Assembly (NCBI GenBank): GCA_031364845.1
Contig: JANLWX010000146.1
Coordinates: 1 to 46,879, forward strand
Direction: 5' to 3'
Length of the DNA stretch: 46,879 nt
Origin: Candidatus Eiseniibacteriota bacterium
GTDB taxonomy: Bacteria; Eisenbacteria; RBG-16-71-46
Each line of letters opens with the position of its first letter. The first letter of the stretch is position 1. The notes below the pieces were generated by a model. That model did not search any database and was not told where the DNA came from. It worked only from the letters and a program-made list of their open reading frames with translations. The translations under genes were made by a program, and so were the position numbers. Below are positions 1-7,223 of this stretch, one piece after another.

Positions 1-3000
1 GCGGCCATCTCCACGACGCTCAACTACTCCGATCTGGTGATGGATCCCACCGATCCGCTGGTGCTCTATGCCGCCGTTGGCGAGCGTTTTGGCGGCGCGG
101 CGAACGGCATCTACAAGACCACCGACGGCGGCGCCTCGTGGGCGGCCGCCGGCAACTTCCCGTTCGGCACGGCGAATTATGGTCGCGTCGACCTCGCGAT
201 TTGCGCCGGCACGCCACAGGTCCTCTGTGCGGTCGTCATGCATTCTCAGACCGGGAATCCCATCAGCATGTTGAAGACCGTGGACGGCGGAACCATCTGG
301 ACCGAACTCGTCCAGAACCTGCCGGCATATCAGGGAGGCTCGGGCTGGTATCACACGTCGCTCGCGGTGAGTCCGACGGATCCCAACCGGATCTACGCCG
401 GTGGATTGGGCTTCTTGATGAGTTCCGACGGTGGCACCAGTTGGATTTCCATCGCCACGGGCGCGGACGGCAGAGGCCCGCACGTCGATCACCACGGAAT
501 CGGGTTCGACGCCTCGGGGAAACTCCTGGTCGGCTGCGATGGCGGCATTTGGCGACTCGACAACTCAACCCCGGGCAGCATTCATTGGACGAGTCTCAAC
601 GGCAACCTCAACACCATCCAATTCGTCGGGATCGCGCTGGATCCCTTGAATCCAAACGTCGCGTTCGGTGGCAGCCAGGACAATGGCACCTCGCGGTTCG
701 ACGGCGATTCCTGGGCACTCGTTGAGGGCGGCGACGGCGGCATGGTCCGTGTGGATCCCGAGGATCCCAACACGGTCTACCACATCGCTCCGGTCGGATC
801 CTTCGGGGCCGGTGCCTACTTTCGGCGCTCTGACAACGGCGGCTTCAATTTCGTGTCCAAGACGTCGGGACTCACGAACTCTGGTTCTACCCTGTTCTAC
901 CCACCGTTCTACCTCGATCCGGGCAATCACAATCGCGTGCTGCTCGGCTCCAATGTCGCCAACAACTCCGTCAATCGCGCCGATTCATGGGGCCGTCTCC
1001 CCGGGGACAACTTCACCGCACCGGCGGGCATGGACCACATGGCCGTGGGCCCGGCGTCGCCCAACCTCATCTATGCGACGGCCGCGGGTGGCGTTTTCGT
1101 CACCACGGATGGCGGCGCGACGTGGAACGTGCGAAACCCTGCCGGCGTCACCGACCACTTCCGGCGTTTTGTCGTCGATCCGATCAACTCGAACACCGCC
1201 TATCTCATTCGCGATCGATTCAATCCTGGCGGTCACGTGTTCAGCACCATCGACGCCGGGCTGAACTGGACGGACATCAGCGGTAACCTCCCCGATCTCC
1301 CGGCCAATGCGATCCTGCTCGACCCCGGCCCCACCGACGCGTTCACGGACGACGTGCTGTATGTGGGTCTCGATGCCGGCGTCTACTCGTCGACCGATCT
1401 CGGCGGCTCGTGGTCACTCGTGGGCGACGGCCTGCCCAACGTCCGCGTGGTGGATCTGGATCTGAGCAGGGGCCTCGGCATCCTCGCTGCCGGCACGTAT
1501 GGTCGCGGCCTGTGGGAGTTGTCGGTTCCGTCTCCGCTCGCCATCGGCCCCAACATCTCGAATCCGGTCACGCTCCCCTTCGGTTACGTCACCATCGGAG
1601 CGCCGGCGACGGTGCCGATGACGATTCGAAACGTCGGGACCGAAGCCTTGATCGTGACCAACATCGTCTCCGGCGATGCGCAGTTCACCGTAGGCATCCC
1701 TGCGCTTCCAACCCTCATCCCGCCCCAGGGCACCCTCACCGTCAACATCTCGTTCTCCCCCGCGAGCGCGGGGCCGCGGCAGACGACGCTCACGATCAGC
1801 AGCAACGCGCTCAATTCGCCCACGGCGACGGTGAACCTGACCGGCACCGGGATCGTGCGTCCGGCGGATTCGTGCGCGGACGCACTCACGATCACCTGCG
1901 GTCAGTCGTCGCTCGGCACCACACGCGGCGCGACCGTGGATGCGGTCGGCAGCTGCGGTGGAGCGGGCGTTCCGGTTTCGCCCGGCGTCTGGTACACCGT
2001 TTCCGGCAACGGAACGCCGATCACGGTATCGACGTGCGGCGCGACGGACTTCGACACGCAGCTGCTGGTGTTCTCTGGAAGTTGCGGTGCGCTGACGTGC
2101 GTGGGCGGGAACGACGACGCTCCGGCGTGCGGCCAGTCGTCGCAGGTCACCTGGAATTCGGTCGCCAACACGAACTACTACGTGCTCGTCTACGGGTTCG
2201 ACTCCGAGTCTGGCTCGTTCACTCTGGGTGTGTCGTGCGCAGCGGCTCCCACGACGACCGAGCTGGTGTCGGACCTCAACCCGTCCACCGTGGGCGCGAA
2301 CGTGAACTTTACCGCGACGGTGAAGTTGGCGGCGGCGACGGCGACGGGCGCGACCGGCACGGTTCAGTTCATGGACGGCGTTGCGAATCTCGGCACGCCG
2401 CAGACCGTGACGGCCGGCGTGGCGACGCTCGCGACGACGGCGCTGACTGCGGGGACACATGTGATCACGGCGGTCTACAGCGGTGACGGCGCCCTCGGGA
2501 CCAGCACCTCGGGCACGGTGAGCCAGGTGGTGAATCCGCCCGTTCCGGTGAACCTCATCACGAACGGTTCCTTCGAGATCAACACCAGCGGCTGGACGCG
2601 GTACGGTTCGGCATCGTTGGCGCGCGTGCTCTATGGGGCCGGCGCTCCTGACGGCAACTACGTGGCCGAATTGCGGGCATCCTCCGAATCTACTTTCGGC
2701 ATCACCGACAGCCCGGGCTGGGTGACATCGGCGCTGCGTGGGAGAACCTATCGCTTCCTCGCGTGGGTACGGTCGGCGGCCCACCGGGGCTCGGTGCAAC
2801 TCGAAGTGCGCGAATACAACGGCACCTCTCAGGTGGGATCGACGCGGCGCACGTCCTCCTTCAGGCTCTCCCCCACGTGGTCGCCGTTGACCTTTGACTT
2901 CGTTCCCGCCCGCGACGGCTCGAAGCTGACTCTTCGCATCGTCGACGATCCCAGTTCGTCGCGTGAGGTGTTCCAGGTCGACAAGGTTTCGATCACCCTG

Positions 3001-4119
3001 ATCGCCCCCGCGATAACGACGACCGACCTGGCGTCGAGCCTCAATCCGTCGACGTTGGGTACGAACGTGACGTTCATCGCGACCGTGAAGGTGGGTGCGG
3101 CGACCGCGACCTCTGCGGCCGGCACGGTGCAGTTCAAAGATGGCGCCGCAAACCTCGGCGGGCCGCGGACCGTGGCGGCCGGTGTTGCGACACTGGCGAC
3201 GACGTCGCTGAACCTCGGCACGCATGTCATCACGGCCGCGTACGTCGGTGATCCGTCGTTCGGGCCAAGCACCTCGGGGCCCGTGGACCAGTTGGTGAAT
3301 CCCGCGCCGCCCGGCGGACCTAATCTGGTCACCAACGGCTCGTTCGACTCAGGCACCTCGGGCTGGAACGCGTACCACTCGGGAACATTGACACGTGTGC
3401 TGTTCGGAGCGGGAACTCCCGACGAAAGCTTCGTGGCCGAGCTGCGCGGAACATCGAGCTCCGACTTCGGCCTGAACGACAGCCCCAGTTGGGTGACCTC
3501 CACGCTGGGCGGCAGGACCTATCGGTTCTCCGCCTGGGTAAGATCCGCAGCCCATCACGGTTCAGCACAACTCCAGGTTCGTGAGTACAACGGCGGCTCA
3601 CAAGTGGGATCGACCCGGCGCAGCACGGGGGTCACTCTCTCGCCTGCGTGGCAACTTCTGAGGTTGGATGTCGTGGCTGGCCGCACGGGCTCGTCCTTCG
3701 ACTTCCAGATCCTCGATCTCCCCGCCACCAGCCTCGAAATATTCCAGATCGACGCGGTCTCGATCACGCTCCAGCCTCTCGTCACATCGCAACCCGCGAT
3801 CGATGCCGAAGAGCAGGGCGTCCGGTCGGGTCAGCCGATCGCTTTCATGGCCCCGCGGGTGTTGCCAAATCCTGCGCGGGGCGAGGCGCATCTGCGATTT
3901 GCGAGCGGCAAGTCGGGCGCCGTGCGTGCGGCCTTCTACGACGTGTCGGGCCGCCTCGTGAAGTCGTTCGTCAATGAGGCCAGCGCGCCACCCGCCGTGC
4001 ATGACTTCAAGATCAACCGTTCGGAGCAGAGCACGGAGCGGCTCTCGATGGGGATCTACTTTTATCGCGTTCAGCTTCCCGAAGGCACGTTCACCGGGCA
4101 CTTCGTCATGTTGAAGTAG
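1..4119 (+). CDS. Large secreted protein, 5'-partial: BNR/VPS10-like beta-propeller, ASH/Ig domain, Cys-rich domain, 2x (bacterial Ig-like + CBM4/9-like), C-terminal FlgD/T9SS-CTD-like tail
   Basis: Frame is open from base 1 (AAISTTLNYSDLVMDP...). Repeated Asp-box motifs (KTTDGGASW, KTVDGGTIW, SSDGGTSW, TTDGGATW), GTYGRGLW, NPSTVGANVNFTATV, NLITNGSFE, and tail PNPARG...FYDVSGRLVK...GIYFYRV. Confidence 0.85.
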   Translation, partial: AAISTTLNYSDLVMDPTDPLVLYAAVGERFGGAANGIYKTTDGGASWAAAGNFPFGTANYGRVDLAICAGTPQVLCAVVMHSQTGNPISMLKTVDGGTIWTELVQNLPAYQGGSGWYHTSLAVSPTDPNRIYAGGLGFLMSSDGGTSWISIATGADGRGPHVDHHGIGFDASGKLLVGCDGGIWRLDNSTPGSIHWTSLNGNLNTIQFVGIALDPLNPNVAFGGSQDNGTSRFDGDSWALVEGGDGGMVRVDPEDPNTVYHIAPVGSFGAGAYFRRSDNGGFNFVSKTSGLTNSGSTLFYPPFYLDPGNHNRVLLGSNVANNSVNRADSWGRLPGDNFTAPAGMDHMAVGPASPNLIYATAAGGVFVTTDGGATWNVRNPAGVTDHFRRFVVDPINSNTAYLIRDRFNPGGHVFSTIDAGLNWTDISGNLPDLPANAILLDPGPTDAFTDDVLYVGLDAGVYSSTDLGGSWSLVGDGLPNVRVVDLDLSRGLGILAAGTYGRGLWELSVPSPLAIGPNISNPVTLPFGYVTIGAPATVPMTIRNVGTEALIVTNIVSGDAQFTVGIPALPTLIPPQGTLTVNISFSPASAGPRQTTLTISSNALNSPTATVNLTGTGIVRPADSCADALTITCGQSSLGTTRGATVDAVGSCGGAGVPVSPGVWYTVSGNGTPITVSTCGATDFDTQLLVFSGSCGALTCVGGNDDAPACGQSSQVTWNSVANTNYYVLVYGFDSESGSFTLGVSCAAAPTTTELVSDLNPSTVGANVNFTATVKLAAATATGATGTVQFMDGVANLGTPQTVTAGVATLATTALTAGTHVITAVYSGDGALGTSTSGTVSQVVNPPVPVNLITNGSFEINTSGWTRYGSASLARVLYGAGAPDGNYVAELRASSESTFGITDSPGWVTSALRGRTYRFLAWVRSAAHRGSVQLEVREYNGTSQVGSTRRTSSFRLSPTWSPLTFDFVPARDGSKLTLRIVDDPSSSREVFQVDKVSITLIAPAITTTDLASSLNPSTLGTNVTFIATVKVGAATATSAAGTVQFKDGAANLGGPRTVAAGVATLATTSLNLGTHVITAAYVGDPSFGPSTSGPVDQLVNPAPPGGPNLVTNGSFDSGTSGWNAYHSGTLTRVLFGAGTPDESFVAELRGTSSSDFGLNDSPSWVTSTLGGRTYRFSAWVRSAAHHGSAQLQVREYNGGSQVGSTRRSTGVTLSPAWQLLRLDVVAGRTGSSFDFQILDLPATSLEIFQIDAVSITLQPLVTSQPAIDAEEQGVRSGQPIAFMAPRVLPNPARGEAHLRFASGKSGAVRAAFYDVSGRLVKSFVNEASAPPAVHDFKINRSEQSTERLSMGIYFYRVQLPEGTFTGHFVMLK
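2251..3771 (+). repeat. Intragenic tandem duplication of an Ig-like + CBM-like module (period 765 nt / 255 aa)
   Basis: TTTELVSDLNPSTVGANV at 2251 versus TTTDLASSLNPSTLGTNV at 3016; DSPGWVTSALRGRTYRFLAWVRSAAH versus DSPSWVTSTLGGRTYRFSAWVRSAAH. Confidence 0.9.
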
Positions 4120-4227
4120 TCGCGGCGGGCTCGTCCTGCAAAGTCAAACCAACGGAGGGCGCACTTGCGAGCGCCACCGTTGGGATTGCAGGTCAGGGAG
4201 AATGAGCGCGGACGCAAAGGATCGCCA

Positions 4228-4389
4228 GTGAACAAAAAGCTCATCTGGATCGGGATGATCGTCGGATCAACCATCGGAGGCTGCGTTCCCACGCTGTGGC
4301 ACGCCGGCATGTTCTCGATGTCCGGCATCGTCTTGAGCACGGTGGGTGGCATCGCGGGCATCTGGGTGGCGTACCGACTGGCACGTTAG
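4228..4389 (+). CDS. Small (53 aa) two-helix Gly-rich membrane protein
   Basis: GTG at 4228 with AAAGGA upstream; MNKKLIWIGMIVGSTIGG...LSTVGGIAGIWVAYRLAR has two hydrophobic segments. Confidence 0.65.
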   Translation: MNKKLIWIGMIVGSTIGGCVPTLWHAGMFSMSGIVLSTVGGIAGIWVAYRLAR

Positions 4390-4447
4390 AGCCCACCTCG
4401 AATGGTTGCACCAAGGTACGGAGTCAAGAGCCGCATACACTTTGGAC

Positions 4448-4493
4448 CGGCGCTCGGATGCGGGATGACCGGCGACACCGCATCCGAGTGCCG
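4448..4493. terminator. 16-bp inverted repeat between convergent genes (probable terminator hairpin)
   Basis: CGGCGCTCGGATGCGG...CCGCATCCGAGTGCCG (one G-U pair); no U-tract. Confidence 0.45.
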
Positions 4494-4494
4494 C

Positions 4495-5586
4495 TCACCG
4501 CCCTGCCGTCGAGTCCCCCGCGCTCCATGCGTCGAACACACATCGCGCGACCCGCGCGATCAGTCGCTCCGCCCTCCTCACCCCGAACGGCTCCCCGACG
4601 AGCACGGCGATCGCCACGTCGTCGCCGTTCGGAAGGCGCATGACGCCGATGTCGTTGATTGCCACCGCCACGCCGCTACTGACACCGCCGGTGCCGGTCT
4701 TGCGCGCCACACTCGTTCCCTTGGGCAGCTGCGCCGGCAATCGGTTGGGCGCCGTCCTGCAGCGCGCGAGCATCGACTTCAACGTGTCGGTCATCGCCGG
4801 CGACAGGAGATCACCGCGCCACAAGCGCTCGAGCAGGTGCACGCAGGCTTCGGCGGTCCCGGTGTCGCGCGGATCGAGCAACATGGCGCGCGCGGCGCTG
4901 TCGTGAACCGTAGCGGGAACGGTGGCGCGCATCGCTCGGATCTCTTCGGCCGATCCCATCGTATCGGCGCCGGCGGGCAATCCATACCAGTCGTTTCCGA
5001 GACTGCGCTCGGTGCGGTCGACACGCAGGTCGCTGATATCGTGCTGCTCGAGCCACTCGGTGACCGCGCGCGGACCGCCGACCAGACGCATCAGGGCATC
5101 CGCCGAAGTGTTGTCGCTGCGCGTGATCATGACGTCGATGAGTTCGTAGAGGCGGACCGGGCCGCCGCCGCGCGGATAGCGGTCGCCGAGCCGGCCCCGG
5201 GGATGCATGTCGCCCGCGAGCAGCATGACAGGAGTGTTCAGGGTCCATCGTCCCTGGTCCACGCCGTCGAGCACGACGATAGCGACCGGTAGCTTGACCA
5301 CGCTCATGAGTGGGACCGGCGTGGCAGCATTCACGCGCGCGACCGCGCCGTTGCGGAGGTGCTTCGCGGCGACCGACCAGCTTCCGTCGGCTCGGCTCAC
5401 GATTGCGCTCAGCTCCGCATCAAGGGCCGTGTCGGGATGCTCCGCGAGTCTCTCGGGCATCCGTGCCGCCACCGTAACCGTATCGACGGTGGCGCGCGGC
5501 GGGGACTGCCGCGCGAGACGCAGTGTGAGCCATCCAGCGAACGCCACCACCACCGCCACCACGACAAGTGCCACGACGCGCTTCAT
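4495..5586 (-). CDS. bla: Class A serine beta-lactamase (subclass A2-like) with extended omega loop
   Basis: Motifs SVVK, SDN, DRTE (E166), RDT, and KTGT followed by a PER-like ...GVAVAINDIG; N-terminal hydrophobic signal/anchor. Confidence 0.85.
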   Translation of the reverse strand: MKRVVALVVVAVVVAFAGWLTLRLARQSPPRATVDTVTVAARMPERLAEHPDTALDAELSAIVSRADGSWSVAAKHLRNGAVARVNAATPVPLMSVVKLPVAIVVLDGVDQGRWTLNTPVMLLAGDMHPRGRLGDRYPRGGGPVRLYELIDVMITRSDNTSADALMRLVGGPRAVTEWLEQHDISDLRVDRTERSLGNDWYGLPAGADTMGSAEEIRAMRATVPATVHDSAARAMLLDPRDTGTAEACVHLLERLWRGDLLSPAMTDTLKSMLARCRTAPNRLPAQLPKGTSVARKTGTGGVSSGVAVAINDIGVMRLPNGDDVAIAVLVGEPFGVRRAERLIARVARCVFDAWSAGDSTAGR

Positions 5587-6311
5587 GATCGGAGGAAGAG
5601 AGTCTGTCCGACCGCCAGTTGCCCGACGCGCGTGACCGTGCCGTAGACGCCCGCGGTGTTTTGGTGCGTGCGCACGACGGTCTTCAGCATCTCAGGCGCG
5701 GGGCGCGCGGAGTCGGGATCAAAGTTCACCATCGAGCAGCGGATATCGCGCATCGTGACGCTGACCGAGGGCGCGTCGATGCCATCGCCGAACGACAGCT
5801 CGCCACCCACCCACTCGTCCTCCTGGTAAGGGACGGGGCGTGACAATCGGACGAGGACATTCGGGCGGAACCTTCGCACGTCGGCACTTTGCCCCGCGAG
5901 GCGGGTGATCTCTTCCACGGTATCGACGGCGATCACCGAGATACTCGCCTCATCGAAGATGCCATGCTTCAACTGCATCATCTGGACCGGAGCCCCGAGC
6001 CGGCGTCCGATCTCGGCGTTCAGCGCGTCCCCGAGAATCGTGAGGTCCTCGCCTTCCGGAGTACGGACGTGGCTCGGGTGTCCTCCATCAACACCGTGTT
6101 CACGACGGTGGGGAGCGAACAGGAGCAGTTCCGGAAGCTTGCTCGCCGTGAGCCATGGAAAATTGCTGCGGTCCTCGAGGCGCCGGAATGCGAATCTCCG
6201 GTCACCCTCGATGCCGTGCCAGCCGAGATTGGCGACCTCGAGCCGTTCGCCACCCATGGACTTCACGGGGTAGCGGAACAGCGCCACGACGTTTCCGATG
6301 GCGATGGGCAT
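5583..6311 (-). CDS. MOSC domain-containing protein (YcbX-like)
   Basis: LFRYPVKSMGGE, GDRRFA, RRFRPN and RCSMVN motifs; ATGA overlap with the bla start. Confidence 0.9.
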   Translation of the reverse strand: MPIAIGNVVALFRYPVKSMGGERLEVANLGWHGIEGDRRFAFRRLEDRSNFPWLTASKLPELLLFAPHRREHGVDGGHPSHVRTPEGEDLTILGDALNAEIGRRLGAPVQMMQLKHGIFDEASISVIAVDTVEEITRLAGQSADVRRFRPNVLVRLSRPVPYQEDEWVGGELSFGDGIDAPSVSVTMRDIRCSMVNFDPDSARPAPEMLKTVVRTHQNTAGVYGTVTRVGQLAVGQTLFLRS

Positions 6312-6384
6312 TCGGGATTCAGGTCCCTCAAAGTTGCGTCAGATGGTTCGCGATGAACATCAGCGGAAGACCGCGCGAACGATT

Positions 6385-7035
6385 TCAATTCATGCCGCTC
6401 AACAATGCAATCAGGGTCACGGCTCCGACGGCCTGGGCTCCCCACGAGACGAGTGCGGGCACCCCGCCCAGTCCGGCGCCGACGTAAGCTTGCACCTCGC
6501 TGGTGTCTTCGACGCGGTATACGGGGTAGTAGTAAATGGAATTGATGTCGCGGATGCGGCACGCCCCCGCCTGAATGTGGAACCACGCGTTCGGGCTGTA
6601 GCGCACGTCGATGATCGGGCCCGCCACGCCTGACTGTTGGATCGATGTGATCGCGTAGCCCAGCGAGAGATCGACGCTGCTCCTGCCCTTGAGCCATTGC
6701 TTGAACCGGATCGTGGGCGCGAAACGGGTTGCACCGGCGGTCAGGTGCGCCTCGATCGAGGCGCCGATCGCGCGCGAGTGATCGATGTTCTTCATCAACC
6801 CGAGCGCGTCGGTGAACAGGAAGCGGTCCACGCCGTCCTGCGACTTCACCCCTGTGACGCCAGCATTGAACTCGGTCACGAAGAAGTAGTCGCAGCGCTC
6901 CGGGCGATCCGGTGTGAGCACGATCGTACGGTGAGGCTCCGCGAACCCCGGTGAAGATTCACCGTGAGCGGTCCCGTAGACGGCTGCGATCACGCCGGAT
7001 GCCGCGACCGCAATCATGACGGATCGGAGTGTCAT
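6385..7035 (-). CDS. Hypothetical secreted/outer-membrane protein
   Basis: ATG 7035 with a GAGGAG RBS; signal peptide MTLRSVMIAVAASGVIAAVYGTAHG; alternating beta-strand pattern. Confidence 0.65.
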   Translation of the reverse strand: MTLRSVMIAVAASGVIAAVYGTAHGESSPGFAEPHRTIVLTPDRPERCDYFFVTEFNAGVTGVKSQDGVDRFLFTDALGLMKNIDHSRAIGASIEAHLTAGATRFAPTIRFKQWLKGRSSVDLSLGYAITSIQQSGVAGPIIDVRYSPNAWFHIQAGACRIRDINSIYYYPVYRVEDTSEVQAYVGAGLGGVPALVSWGAQAVGAVTLIALLSGMN

Positions 7036-7223
7036 CGGTACTCCTCGGTGAACTTCATTCCCCCATGCTACGTCACCCACCGGTAGTCCGGTATCGAGCC
7101 GATTCACAGGAGCTTTTTGTCGTGACGGTTCTGGGGCCAGCCGGTAGTCTTGTGTGATCCAAACTCAGCATGGCCGCGATGTCGGGGCCATGCCGGACCG
7201 TGCGTCACGAATAGGAGTAATCC

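Noticed and set aside
1414..3225. 603-aa minus-strand ORF and similar long antisense ORFs (26694-28283, 31625-33574, 34898-36280)
   Set aside because: Lie almost entirely over well-supported genes on the other strand and lack recognisable features.
4143..4225. Resemblance to a c-di-GMP-I riboswitch (GTCAAACC...hairpin...GGACGCAAAG)
   Set aside because: GACGCAAAG is not adjacent to the hairpin and there is no GNRA loop or second stem; more likely a simple hairpin after the first gene.
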